A stretch of 63,460 bases of DNA, the filler included, from Octopus bimaculoides (lineage: Eukaryota), in assembly GCF_001194135.2 (NCBI RefSeq). It is 4 parts of 4 records of this genome, joined end to end, with 100 filler letters (N's around TTAATTAATTAA, not from the genome) between each part and the next. Parts side by side here need not be neighbours in the genome. Positions count along the whole stretch, not along the records: positions 1 to 25,930 come from NC_068999.1; positions 26,031 to 43,761 come from NC_068995.1; 2 more parts are not named here. The stretch is one strand, 5' to 3'. A model generated the notes under the pieces. It had not been told where the DNA came from. It saw nothing but the letters and a program-made list of their open reading frames with translations, and made no database searches. How positions within the stretch are numbered: the stretch's first letter is position 1; each line of letters starts with the position of its first letter. A program made the translations under genes and the position numbers. Positions 14,491 through 29,271 of this stretch are shown here, in pieces.

Positions 14491-16419
14491 AGGCGAGATG
14501 GTTATGCATGTCTAAACACTTGTCCAAAACACATTCCAACACATACATATCAGCTTCAAAACCACACGCGTTTGCTTCTAATCACATATACCAGGGCACA
14601 CCATTGTCTCGCTTGAAACGCACGCCTCTAGTGCTCTCTTCATTTGGGCCTGCTTTAGCTGACTATTTGACATTTTAGCTCCTATATCTCTTTATTATTT
14701 TCTGCACATGTAAACTAACATTTAATGTGCCACTACTGTTTTTCCTGCTTTTTTTTATATTTTTTGACTTCGGGTGGTTTATTATGTTACTTTGATATTA
14801 TTTTACAATATCTATATGTATCTGCCTATCTATTTGCGTTTATGTACGTGTATATGAAAGTGTGTGTTTCAAAGCGACATTTTGCGTAGAACTAATTCCA
14901 TCATTTATATGATTTCGAAAAAAAAAACTTTGTATAAAAATAACATATATGTTCGAAAATATTTTAAGGTCGGGAGCTGGGATATCGAATTAGAGTTATC
15001 TCCCTCCATGTACATGCATATATGTATATGCATGTGTCGCTATGATTGCATTGCGTATGTATGTATTTATATATACATATATTTATGTGTGTGTGTGTGT
15101 ACGTATACATAGGAGTATATACGGATGCATACATACATACATCCATACACGCACATACATTCTTACATTTATACACACACATACACATATTCATACATAC
15201 ATACATGTATACATGTATATAAGTATATAACCGATACCTAATTTAGGTAAGTTGTTGGAAGAAAATATAGAAACTTTATTGCAAATGGAAGAAAAAAGCG
15301 TTAGCAAAAAATGGAATGATGAATGATGGCCAAATTATGCAGCCATTGTATTGCTTTCACTCTGGATAAATCCGCAAGGTAGAATCGGTGGATTTCAGGG
15401 TAGTTATATCGAATGTGAGGAATTAATTTCCTGTGTTTTATAGTGCATGAATGTCTCTGATTTGGAGTTCAAGTATATTTCTTTCGCACGAACGCTCTTG
15501 ATCCTAAACTTCATTTGAATGCTGCAAAATTCATATATTAAGAAATCATTCACGTAGTGTCGACATTTTCAATCATTGTATTGGATCTTCATATTCTGCT
15601 GAGAAGACGTACCGAACAAAATTACGTGCATTGCTCCTTCTTTAGATTTATAGCTAAGCATGTCTAACCCTATCGTATTTAGCAAAGTATATTTAATAGG
15701 CAACCATTTAACATTGATTTCAAATGTCCTGTAAAAGTTTTATATGGTATAAGATAAACGCACTTCACCCAATCAGATCGGATGTTGCTCCAGAAACATG
15801 AATATATGTCTACCGAAATGTCAGACTCCATCATTTATAAGTATGCAGCAACCTCTATTGAGATATTGTAGCAACTCACGATGTGCTGTAATTGTATGAA
15901 CACAGCAGTCCTCAAGAACTATCTTTACAGCCATACGACTTCCATCAATAACTGGTGTTAACTATTTCCGTTTTCTTCCATTGTTTGTCCGGAAAGTGAT
16001 GACGTAGATATTCGTATATACTAGAAGACTGCTATGAATTGATCATCCAACATGAAAGCTGGTGAATGTATGGTATCTGCATCGTCGGTATTATGACATT
16101 CTACACACGAATTCCCGTATTCCAAGAATATATCAAACCCTGCATACACGAGAGAAAGTTTTTCCCTGATACTATCAGAAAAAAAAATCCGCCAATTTAT
16201 TTGCAGGTATCTCTCAGAGTAGCAACAAAAAATAAGTGCTCCATTGAACTCTTAATCTGAGGATATGTATCTCATCCTCCCAATCGCTTTCTCTTTCCAC
16301 ATATTTCTTTTCCTCCTTTCCTTCTTTCTTCAATTCACTTCGTTATTTCGTTCTACATTTTTTCGTTCATGATTAGTAAATATATGATCTACTCATAGTT
16401 CTGTTGTTGTTCTTGTACT

Positions 16420-16525
16420 TGTTGGTCGAATTTGCCTTTCATCCTTTCGGTGTCGATAAATTAAATACCAGTTGAGTACTGATTTCGATGTAATCGACTT
16501 AACCCGTCCTACCAAATTGTAGAAT
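16420..16525 (+). mobile_element. SINE family A fragment (central domain)
   Basis: ggtcgaatttgcctttcatcctttcggtgtcgataaattaaataccagttgagtactg...gatgtaatcgact. Confidence 0.8.
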
Positions 16526-19500
16526 ATAGTAGAAGGTAATATCAGTTTTGCATGTTTGCTAGATAAATGGATACACAGTTGCGTACGTGAAGCGTATTTT
16601 CTTCCTATCAAATGTCACATCAATTTCGTATGTAATTTGCTCAAGTGCAAAATAATAGAAGTTATCTCGGGGCTACGAGATCGTGAAGTGTCCTTAGTAT
16701 CATAACAAATATGTACATAATTCACTGTAATATTTGCAGTTGTCGATCACCACACAATGTAATATTATTTATAGATAGCACGGAAACCAGTCACACATTC
16801 GTTCATATTAAGTTCTCCTTCAAAAAAAACTAATTTCGAATTGCATTCAAACGCCGATAAATCTAATGGCTGTTCTGATTATAAACATTGTAAAATCGGG
16901 AGAATGTTCATTGTGTTTCTGTAATTTTGTATTTGAATAAAATTCGGCAATCCAACTAATTATTTCCAGCAGATCAAATATGACGTTACTGGAAAATAAT
17001 TTCTAAACTTTCTAATACTTTCTAATAGTTTAAAAAAGAACTGTATGTTTTATTAATCTTTGTGATATTGTTGAGACTTTGTGAATCTTTAGATATGACA
17101 GCACACGTGTTTAATTTATTCTGTAACTGAGCATTTTATTTAAAAGTGTCCGTTACACCCTGTCTAATATAGCAAAATTTGATAGTTAATATAGATACAA
17201 GCCTTCGCATTTTCCTGAGAGAATATTTACTTGTATGAATTGCAGAATTTCACTGTCAATTTCTTTGTCGACCGCAGAATGATGAAATATAGAGAGGGCT
17301 TATTTAAATTATTATCCAACACGAAAATCAATTGCCGCAGGCATTGTTGACGGACGTCCTGTCATATCTGTCAATTTACTGATTCATATTGCCTTAATCC
17401 TCAATATCTTTCACTTGATTAGTCACGTTATAATCAGTTATCACTATGTATGCTGTTATAACTATCAACTATGACGCATTGAGTTGTATAATCAATTTCT
17501 TGGGAATTTCTCCATGTGAAGAATACTATCATGGCAACTAAAATGAAATACCAATAAAGTATTACCAGACTAAATTGCAGAAATGGGATTTATAATATAT
17601 ACAGACAAAACCTTATTTCAGAATCTTAATCTCATCGTTTCTCTAATATAAAAAGTATCTTTCACTCTACTTCATCTTGTTTCATTGTATTTATATTTAT
17701 ACTCACAAGGCTTCAAAGCTCAAAGGAGTAGAAATATAGAAACATATTTATGTATTTAGGTTCGAATAGAGACACGATTCATAGCAATATAAAATATGCG
17801 AACTCGTAAAATAAATCGCAAAGCTCGGCACAAAAGTAGATGTATCACGAAGTAATAAGTAAATACGACATTCATTCTCGTACTAAATATGACGTAATGA
17901 CTGAGCAGGTTATTTAATGCAGATAGCTCAAAATAATGCATTTATATACACGTTAGGATATTTGGTAGCCTAGAAACAACGAAAGTGTTAGTAACTCAGC
18001 AAAGAATTTGTTTCTATTTGTCTGTTCATTCTCCTGTATATTCCTACCATATTCCCTTACTGAAAATTGTTCTCTTCCTACGAATCAAAGTAATAATGGT
18101 TAGCATTTGAGAATTTTCGTTCTGACTCTGAATCTTTCCTTCTACATCATCATTGTCTACCAAAATAACAAGACATTTAATTACTGATCCTGATAGCTAG
18201 AAATGATGACCGCGAAAAAAGCATGGCAACTTCGGAAACGAAGTTACATAAAGCACACTTCGTTCATGCAACGAAATTCAAAGTTAGGAGCGTTGAAATA
18301 TAACACAGAAATTGTGTTTAAGCGCTTTTGTTTGTACTTCATATGATGACAGAGAACTATTCATGCTCAAGTGGGAAAGCATGTTCCAGCTCAGTAGACA
18401 CGAATATTACTATATATAGTCTGGATCAACAGCACAATGTTCATGATCTACAAAACCAGAAGATGCGAAAGAGAGTGAAAAAATATACGCGAGTTTCTTC
18501 ATCTGAGACTCTTTATGCAACATTTTACACACCTGAAATAGGAAAAAAATCGTATTTGAAATATTTGGCACATCTTAGAAAAAAAAAAACAGAATATGCA
18601 TGAAAAGCAATTGATAGCGGAAAACAGGTAACGAATAGAATTGTGGAGTAAAATGCTGTTGTCGGCGAAGTATTCTGCAATACGAATATAATACCCAGAT
18701 TACAGAGAAAACTTCGGGATACATATTCTTGTTTGGTTTATGCACCAGCTACCAGGAAGATATGATCATGGAGACATTAAAGATTTATAGGTACACAATA
18801 TTTCGTTATGCAACCAGTATATGCTACAAAGTAACTTAAACGCTTTTGTAAGTCATTACCGTATTCTACTGTGTTAGCTGTTCATTTTAAACAACAGATG
18901 TTGAATAGAAATTATAGCCAGCACTGATTTTGTTACGACGTTTCGTTTCCGAGATGTCAGATCTAAACAGACAATGAGATTCAAAATGNNNNNNNNNNNN
19001 NNNNNNNNNNNNNNNNNNNNNNNNNNNNNNNNNNNNNNNNNNNNNNNNNNNNNNNNNNNNNNNNNNNNNNNNNNNNNNNNNNNNNNNNNNNNNNNNNNNN
19101 NNNNNNNNNNNNNNNNNNNNNNNNNNNNNNNNNNNNNNNNNNNNNNNNNNNNNNNNNNNNNNNNNNNNNNNNNNNNNNNNNNNNNNNNNNNNNNNNNNNN
19201 NNNNNNNNNNNNNNNNNNNNNNNNNNNNNNNNNNNNNNNNNNNNNNNNNNNNNNNNNNNNNNNNNNNNNNNNNNNNNNNNNNNNNNNNNNNNNNNNNNNN
19301 NNNNNNNNNNNNNNNNNNNNNNNNNNNNNNNNNNNNNNNNNNNNNNNNNNNNNNNNNNNNNNNNNNNNNNNNNNNNNNNNNNNNNNNNNNNNNNNNNNNN
19401 NNNNNNNNNNNNNNNNNNNNNNNNNNNNNNNNNNNNNNNNNNNNNNNNNNNNNNNNNNNNNNNNNNNNNNNNNNNNNNNNNNNNNNNNNNNNNNNNNNNN

Positions 19501-19842
19501 NNNNNNNNNNNNNNNNNNNNNNNNNNNNNNNNNNNNNNNNNNNNNNNNNNNNNNNNNNAGTCAAGTTAATCGACGCCACTACCTTCGTCTCAAATCCTAG
19601 TAATATTTTGTCGGTTCTATTGCTGAACCACTAAGCTACGTTGATGCGATCATACCATATCCAGTTGTCAATGTGCCGTGGTGGGACAAATACAGACACG
19701 AACACAAATAGAGACACACACACGCACACACACTCATACACCCGCACAAACACACACCACACATACACACACACAGACACACACACAGACACACACACAT
19801 GGATATTTATATATATGACATGCTTCTTTTAGCTTCTGTCTA

Positions 19843-19975
19843 CCAAATCTACTCATAAGGCTTTGGCCGGACGAGGTTAGAGTTGAAGGCACTTCCTAAA
19901 GATACCACGCAGTGGGACTGAACCCAGAAAAGCAAACTTCTTACTACCCAGCTACGCCTGCACCCATGTATATAA
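19843..19975 (-). mobile_element. SINE 5' fragment, separate family
   Basis: Minus strand ggtgcaggcgtagctgggtagtaagaagtttgc...gggttcagtcccactgcgtgg (tRNA-like A/B boxes) followed by a non-tRNA body. Confidence 0.55.
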
Positions 19976-20855
19976 TGGATAATAGATGTGTAGAAACAAT
20001 TGTGGTGATTAATAATAAATTCTCGTATATTTCATCCTCCGTCTTTCATTTATCATATATGTACCAATTATATTTATTGGTAATAAAACCATATACAGAG
20101 TGAATTAGACAAATATTACTTAACCCTTGACCCACGAAATCAATTATAGTGTTTCTTCTATTATCTCCCAGAATAAAGTCTACACATGTTCCATCACTAA
20201 TTACGACACACAGAGAACATATTTTAGTCGAGAAATAAGACGATATCGCGAAGATCACCAACTGAGTGCAAATTTATTTTATCTAATTTCCAAGCATGAA
20301 AGGCAGTTTGAAGTTCTATGAAATTTAGAATAAGAACGTAAATAGCCAGGAGATATTGTACAAAACATTTTTTTCCAATGATATGTGCACTCTGTTGGCT
20401 TCTAACCTTTTAATAAAGTGTTTTATGAATAAAACGTTAATACTATTAATGATAACAACATCAATAGCAAATGATGAGAAGAATAAGACGAGGATTAGGA
20501 AGAAATATACAAGTATGACTACAAAAACGTTGTGGTGGTGGTGGAGCCCACGGTGGTGATGATGATGTGGTGGTCTTAGAGGCAGCAGCAGCAGCCGTTG
20601 GTAGTAGTAGTAGTGTTTGTTTTAAATTTGTAACCACAATAGCTTTTGCAACTATATTCCTTGCTTTCTTATACGATAAAACCCTTTCCAGGTAGTTTTG
20701 AAATAGTTGTACCTTTGCGTATGAAAGTGTAGATCTTTTTGTTTTATTGCTTGTTTTTTTTTTTGATAACTGTATCCCATCACCTATTTGGTACATTCTT
20801 TCTCATTGTCTTTTCCCACTCAGTCTGCATACACCTTCGTTCACGCCACCAGGTG

Positions 20856-20895
<40 letters not shown>

Positions 20896-23800
20896 GAGAG
20901 AGATAGAGAGTGAGGGAGAGCGACTGACAGACAGACAGACAGAGATAGAGACAGACAGACGAAGAGAGAGAAAAAGAGAGAAAAAATATATGTAGAAAGC
21001 TAGATAAATAGATAGGTAGATGGAAAGATAGAATGATAGAGAGATAGACAGGGGCAGAGAGAGAGAGAGGGGTGGGGGAAAGACGTATATACTTCCATAC
21101 AGTCAGACAGAAAGATTAATAGATTGATTGACTGATTGAGTGATTGATTGATTGATTGGTTGATTGCTGGAACTCCTCTGCATCAGTAACAATTGTGCTT
21201 ATCTTAAGTTATATTTCATATATATGAGTACTCGTGTACGTCTGCCCTCACAAGTCAACATTCAAACAGATATGTTTATGGACATATATTTTCGCTATCA
21301 CACATCTTCACTATCATACATGTACCAGTAAATAATGAAACGGCTTTACTCCAAGATACTGATATTTACAAACCAACAGTATCCACTTTGTTTTAGTTCT
21401 TATCAGTTACGGTAACATTAGTCAAAATGATGCAACATAACTGTGCATTGCTTTGCTGTAGCATTCTGCTGTGTTACTCATAAGGTTACAGACAAGGGAA
21501 ATTCAAGGTGTTGTTTATCTCTGATTCACAAACATTCTTCGGAAACAAGAACACATTGAATGTTTCACCAATTCAATCTACTTGAATAATAGTATTGCTA
21601 CTGAGATATATGTCCTGTCCAGAATTAAAATCCGGCTTTGCTACCATATTGTCCATGAGAAACATAGAAAATTACCGCTAAGATCACCAAAATGATGAAC
21701 GCATTCAGTAGTGGGCATACTCAAAATCACATAGAGATATAGCATCACATAACCTAAAATGCTGAGAAGAACCAATCTACACAGTTTGTAGGCGATTGTT
21801 GGGGAAAGAAAATTGAGTCATGTTGGTCATATTTTCTCACTATCTATAGAACAAATTCGCAAGACAGCTACAGTTGGGTGAAGAAATGGAGAGAGGTTCA
21901 AGAAAACGTGGGGCCCCACATTCAAAGAAGATCCGAAGCAACTTCATATTATCTGAAAAGATGCAAGCATCTACGTGCAAAAACAGAACTAGTGGAGAGA
22001 TCTTGCTGCCTTATATACAAGTAAAGAAAAGTCTAAAGCGAAAACTTGGACTGTTTTAATTTGTTATATTTAGCTGTCAATGTAAGGTTAAATGCTTGCT
22101 CGTGAAAAGCAATAACTCTGAGTTAAATCAATTACACTGTCTTCAATATTGACTTAAGGGATAATGCGTCTTGCATTGTACTGTAAACCAACCAATTGTA
22201 GCATGGTCACGGATAGAATGATTTTCATATTATATTGCTCAATTAGTCATGACTAGAAGCCAACGTGCAACGATAGAATCTGATTAGTTTACTGTCCACA
22301 CCAAATCAACAAAACACATACTTAATCACTTGAATCGAAGTTCTTTTTTATTTCTTATAAAGCAATATGGATATAAGTCTTTGTTTTCCTGTAAAGCAAA
22401 TTTTTGTAATAAATCGAGCCAATGACGATAGCAAACGATGACTCGCATGTTTATTTCCTATATTTTCCGTCAGATTTGAACGCAAATATATTAGTCGCTG
22501 CTGAGCGCGTCACAGGAGACCAGCAACTTCATTCACACAACTATGTGCTCATAAGTTACTTGATTTCTTAGAACGGGTGATGCAGGGACACTAATGCTTC
22601 GATATGTTGTGTTTCGTCAACCAGATACTTGTTTGTCTTCATATGCAGATGGAAGAAGATTCGAAAGGATGATTTGCGTATTTGCTCATAATATATACCA
22701 AAAAGAATTAATAAAAATATTGATTAGCACATAACAGAATGTCTATTAATGAATAACTGATTGACATTATTTTTTAATACATTCTTTAATGTATGTGTAC
22801 AAGATACCCCATATTGAACGCATTCGACAGTATTCTTCTCCATTGAAATTGCTAACTTCTCAAGAATATTTGATTTAACAAAATACAGAATATAAATGAG
22901 CAAATCGAAATGTCTCGCAGGCAAATAGAAAGCGACGGAGTATTACAGGGGAAAAAAACGCACAAGAAAATCAAGCGAATGCCAGTAGATGTAGCCAAAT
23001 GTGCTCACACATTTCTTATGTCCTCTGAAACATAAATAAGTACGTCTACAATTTTCTCTGGATCATGTTGAACATATCTACGTTGAATTTGCTGTAATGT
23101 TTAAAGAAGCGAGGTAGTAATTTTCTCAAGAATAGCGGGAGCGTATGTTGATAACAACGTTGTAAAGCCAAGAGCAGCAGAAGGACAAGTTCCTGGTGTG
23201 TAACTTAAAGACGTGTTTTAGAAAATCTAAGTCGGGCTTCCTTATCAATCACCGAGGTGATTTTCTGAAGGAAAAAGAGAATAACTAAATAGTCATAAAT
23301 TGAATTTATCTTTAAAATAAAGAAGTGTGTACAATGTTGCGAAAATACATGACGTAGACTCAATACTCGCTGCTGCCAGTAGAACTCGTGGCGTAGAGGG
23401 CTACACTGACATTTTAGTGCACTAATTTTTATGGTAGGGTCTATGAGAGGAATACTGGTCTATCTTGATTTTGGAATTTGCTATAAATGTGGTTTAATTC
23501 ATATTTCAGGATCACCTAATATATCCAATGAACTACATTAATTGTCCATAATTGATTCCTAGAATAATTCAAGATCTTCTAAAATCTGTGTCTTCAGATA
23601 ATGGAAGAGATTAACTGGATGCTGTGATTCTCTGTAAGCTTCGTTTCACTACAGTTTCGGCTAATAAGTTGCAATCATTCCTGCTCGCTTGATTGTCTGG
23701 TTGGAGAAACAACTTTTCGAGTTCTTTACATGTGTGTACGTGCGTGTATGCATACATGTTCACATAGATATATAACGGTTTAAATGGTATCTGCATGAAG

Positions 23801-25855
23801 AGCAGTAAATCGTTCAATTTACACTTCCGCATACTACAGATTGTAAGTAGACACCATTGAACTCGAATCACTTATCACGACAAAACTCGGTGCACTAATC
23901 ACGGCATGGTCTCGGTTAATGTATAATTTAGGTTGTAGTTCGCTGCCGGTTCTGATACTTAGAACTAACATCTTTGCTATTTAGAAGACCGATGTGTTCC
24001 ACGATACACTGAATTTCTTTCACGTGAATGACACCGAGTGACGTACATCTGGAAATCTGATTCTTTGTAGTAATTTGCTTCTTGTATTACATATTTTCAC
24101 GGACTTACATAACTTCTAATTTTACTTATTCGAAATAATTAAACGTACGTAGGAGTACTTATGTAGAACATTCGTATGATATATCGGGTGATTGAAGATA
24201 TACTATAAATTGTAAATGTTTTTTTAGATGTAACTGAAAAAAAAAACACTTGTTCATAGTATAATGCAATTTTCTATTTTTTTGTATTTTTACTGCCTTT
24301 CGGATGAGAGATTTACTAATTAAGGTAGATTGTAAACCTGAATACGATGCAATATCTAAAAAGTACATTAAACTCTTAACAATGCACTGTGGAATATCAT
24401 TTAGACAATGTTAAAAAAAAAATGAAAAAAATAAAAATAAAAACATTAATTAAAAAATAAATTTATATCAATTTTAGAAATATATGGGCAACTCATTATT
24501 TTGATAGATCAGCCTTCCCTTGCTGAAAGGCATTACATGATTTCAGTCGTAAAAGTCTAGAAGAAGTGAAAAGAAATAATTGGACTTCAGAATTGAAATC
24601 ATTAGTTATAAAATCATACCCCAAAATAATATAAGATGTTAAAGTAATGAAGCGACCAGACTAAAAATATAGATTTGCGTAAATAAATTTATTTTCAACT
24701 ACGTACCATTAATTATTATTCAAATTTCTTCTAACAACTAAGGCGCGAAATTAGGCCAAATTTTGCGGAGTTAATTCCTTATCTAGTTGCTTCTATCATC
24801 AGGGTTTAACTAAAAGGTAAACAGCTGATAATGAAAGTATATGTTCCAACCCATAAAGGAACTTATAAGGAAAGCTGAGATGTTAATTAAATTTACATGA
24901 AATATTTGTCGAACATGTTTTTTCATATCTAATTAGATATTAAAATTAATTTAGAAATCTATAAAAAGCACATATTCGTTTCGCAGAATATCAGAATACA
25001 AATAAGGGACAGTGTTAATACTTCTCTAATTTCTTTTTTGAAATGGCAGCTAAGACACATTTAAAAATGCAAAGTGATTGATAAGAATTAATATACAATA
25101 ACTCCGTAAACAGAGAGGCATTTAGTCATTTACTGAATAAATTAATATTGAAACGTCAAATTTGACCCGTTCGTTTATCTTCATGGTGTGATTGTATTAA
25201 AGTTCATTCGGTAATATAATGACTTGTATAATGTAATCAGGTGCGTGGGTGTCCTTCAGTGTTATATAATGATAGATACCGGGGCCTTATCTCATCTTCA
25301 TTAATATTGTATTTATAATTCCACTATTAAATTAATGCAATGTATATTTACATTTTTTATGGTTTCAATCTGAATGTTACCTACTTTATTTTATTTTATA
25401 ATTTATAAGTTATAATTTATCTTGATTATATATCCTTAAATTATTTCTAGAAATCATTTAATAGTTTAAAATAAATATAATTATTTGATAGGTTTAATCA
25501 CAATGATATAAATTATGTAGATAAAAAAAAACCTTATTTTGCTAGACTTACCTCCCTTTGACCATTAATTTGTATTTCTGCAAGATCTAGAATAGGTAAT
25601 TTTTCTTTCATTTCTTTACTTCTCAAAGCTTTAACGGTTTTCTTATTTGATGTAACAGCGTCGTAAGCATGTCGTCACTTAATATCCTAGGTTAACAATT
25701 GTACTTAGTTACTCTACTATATAACGGTTTTCTTAATCGATGTTGCAAGCAGTTTCAATACGTTCATGTTGAAACAATCTGATTAGAAGTTCTCTATATT
25801 CATGTAATCTATATAGAAATAACAATGTTGTCTGTTGTGAATTAATGTAACTTGG

Positions 25856-25904
25856 CCCTGAAGAGATGGAATGCCTTAATTATTTGCATCGAAATGCGCA
25901 TAGG
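25856..25904 (+). ncRNA. Minimal type-I hammerhead ribozyme motif (weak stem I)
   Basis: CTGAAGA (25858) - GATG...CATC stem II - GAAA (25891) - palindromic TGCGCA stem III - AUA triplet; stem I only 2 bp (cc/gg); AATAAA at 25907. Confidence 0.55.
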
Positions 25905-25930
25905 ATAATAAACAAGGTTTATTAATATAT

Positions 25931-26030
25931 NNNNNNNNNNNNNNNNNNNNNNNNNNNNNNNNNNNNNNNNNNNNTTAATTAATTAANNNNNNNNNNNNNN
26001 NNNNNNNNNNNNNNNNNNNNNNNNNNNNNN
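25931..26030. other. Artificial scaffold linker 44N-TTAATTAATTAA-44N
   Basis: Exactly 100 bp, stop codons in all six frames, identical at three sites. Confidence 0.95.
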
Positions 26031-26054
26031 AACAGTTGCAGTATTTATACATAC

Positions 26055-26098
<44 letters not shown>

Positions 26099-26600
26099 TG
26101 ATAGATAGATAGATTGATAGCTAGATAGATAGATTCACTTATATTTGCTATTTGATTGTGACAGTGTGTGTGTTTGTGTGTGTGTGTGTGTGTATACAAG
26201 TGTATGTGCAGATTGCGTAGAAATGTGACCCCTGGCTACATCATAGGCATTATTCTTTGTTCCGCTCAAAGATGCGCTTCCACTAAATTAGAAATTGTCT
26301 CACATTTGCAAACGGAAATCATAAATCGGCAGATTCTTAGCAGACTATTGAAAGCAAAGTATGATTGCTTCGTTGGTTTGGGGATATATGGAGGCAGGTA
26401 CATATACATATAGATTATGTAGAAATAGATATAGATTCACATGCGTGTTTGCGTATTTGCGTGTGTACGTGTGTGCGCGTGTGTGTGTTTGTTTATGTTA
26501 GTGTCTCCATATATATGCACACACACACATATAATTTCCATTATATCAGTGTATATGTACTTATATACATATGCATCATATATATATAAATTTATACATG

Positions 26601-26814
26601 AATCGTTTTTACTGGAAGCACAAGGCCTCAATTTGAGGAAGAAATTGAGTCGATTACCTCAACCTCAGCACGTAACTGGTACTAATTCTATCGACTCCGA
26701 AAGATTGAAAGGCAAAGTCGACCACGGCGTAATCTGAACTCAGGACGTATCAGCAGAGGAAATACCACTAAGCATTTCGCCCGGCGCGCTAACAATTCTG
26801 CCAGCTCACCGGCC
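26601..26814 (-). mobile_element. SINE family A, full length
   Basis: Minus strand ggtgagctggcagaattgttagcgcgccgggcgaaatgcttagtggtatttcc...cctgagttcagattacgccgtggtcgactttgcctttcaatctttcggagtcgatagaa. Confidence 0.9.
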
Positions 26815-26824
26815 TATAACTATA

Positions 26825-26898
<74 letters not shown>

Positions 26899-27706
26899 TG
26901 CGTGCGTGTGTGTGTTTATATGCAACATTTCAAACTATAGTTCTCAAGTTCTCATGAATAGTATGCAAAAGTTATTTGCTGATGAGAATATATGAGTTTC
27001 TTTCATCTCGGCCATATTTTATAAGGCAATGCAGTTTCAATTATTATTACTTCTCCGACTAAACATTAAAATTGTTTTCTAGTACAGACCTACTTGCTTG
27101 TTTTTTTATCTCTCTATCTATTTATTTATTTGTTTATTTGTTGACCATCTGAAGCGTAAAATACGATGGGCTGCTTCCTATAACACCGTATTTTATGTGA
27201 ATGTCTTATCATAATGTGTCAAATTCTGTGACATGGGACATCGGCGTCATGCGGCACTATTGTCTGACGTAGCACATTCGTGTGCTTTTGATCGTATCCA
27301 AATGCGACGCAAGTTTTTAAACAATGATTGGAAATGTTGAACATCAATGCTAATGCCTGAACTGTTGCAAAGCAATTTATTTATATCTATTTCATATGCA
27401 TATAGGATTATCAAAATATAGGTACATAATGTTGGGGCACCTCTACTAGGGAATTTAGTGGATTGTGTCTTCTAAATATTCTGTCTGGAACTGAGCTTAA
27501 TTCTTGATATCTAGAACGTAACGAAATAGTTGTAGATTATTTTGTTCGAAGAATCGATTCTGCTATTCTGTATCAATATAAATCTGTAAATATACTAATC
27601 TATTGATCAGCCTGTTTATTTGTATTTATCAACAAAATTATTTCACTTCTGTCTGTGTATTTATATCCCTCACCATACACACACACATACACACGCACAT
27701 ACATGC

Positions 27707-27757
<51 letters not shown>

Positions 27758-28426
27758 TATGCATGTATGTATCGATATACCTCACTACATATATACACAC
27801 ACACAAGGATATATATACACATACACTCCAACCGAGTCACATTACGATGCAATATGGAATCATCTCCCAATAATATAACTCACACATACTCTGAGATATC
27901 CTTACCAAAAAATATAATGCTACAAATGCCATGATATAATCAATACACAATAAAATAACACACCACATGGTATTACATAATCGATACCCAATGATATAAT
28001 ATCAAGCAATCAGAAAACTCCTATATTACACAGATACGACTTGTTATAACACAACACGACCTCTCCATCATTTAGCTTTCACATTCATGTCCACACTAAA
28101 ACACATTGCAATAATTTTACGTTATACAGAAAATAGTTACAACAGTTATCTAATAACGATATCAAACAACGCGATTCGTATTGAGCGGATTTTTAACAAC
28201 AGACGAAACTTTTGAGAAGACCAAAAGCAAGGAACAAAAACATCACAACGATGTAAATCTCATACTTACAGAGTATCGGATGCAGAAGGTTGCATCTGAT
28301 GGAACATCACAATATTGCAAACATCAATATCAATACTGCTACTACTACTACTACTACTAAATTTGTTTCTAGTATACTTTTGAGGGGATGGGGCTTGTCG
28401 ATTTCTTTGAATCCAGTACTCAGCAG

Positions 28427-28619
28427 GAAGAAAAAGGAGAAGAAAAGGAAGAAGAAGAAGAAGAAGAAGAAGAAGAAGAAGAAGGAGGAGGAGGAGGAGG
28501 AGGAGGAGAACAAGAACAAGAACAAGAACAAGAAGGACAACAAGAAGAAGAAGGAGAAGGAGAAGGAGAAGAAGAAGAAGAAGAAGAAGAAGAAGAAGAA
28601 GAAGAAGAAGAAGAAGACC

Positions 28620-28666
<47 letters not shown>

Positions 28667-28694
28667 GACGACGACGACGACGACGGCGAAGACG
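28427..28694. repeat. Compound trinucleotide microsatellite (GAA/GGA/ACAAGA/GAA/CAA/CGA)
   Basis: Directly visible; generates four overlapping homopolymer ORFs. Confidence 0.97.
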
Positions 28695-29228
28695 TTTTAT
28701 TTGACACTTGAGCGATAGATGAGTGTGTTCGCATCCAAGACAGTCATCATTTCTGATTTATACCCACCCGACCAAAAGTTTTATCTGCGACCACTGCCTC
28801 TGGAAATTCTGTGATATACTTTCGCGTTGACTCCTTTTAATTTGGCAAAACACCAATACGATTTAACGGTGCTGAAATGGAGCTGTCATCTGTGTAGTTT
28901 TTGTTGTAGGTGTTAGTTCACTACTACTACTACAGAGATATAATCCCGAATGGGTGTAGTTGCTTTATTTGATATTCATTTAATATCATGCTAGAGATCC
29001 CTCTTTAATTAAGTTATTATTTTAAGCGTATTAATTTTGAATGCGTTTATTAATGGAAGGTATAATTAATTAGTTCTTTTTTATTGCTGTTATTAATCTT
29101 TTTTGTTTCTTTACATTTGGTTTGTCATGTACTACATGTAAACATGATTAGAACATTTCTTAGAAGATACTTATTATTGTGCAATCAATTTGACAAAACT
29201 CCTCATGTTTACATTAGTTGATATAGGA

Positions 29229-29271
<43 letters not shown>

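Noticed and set aside
18930-18965. Minus-strand CTGACAT...CGAAACGTC beside a gap
   Set aside because: 5' core is wrong and no stem II pairing
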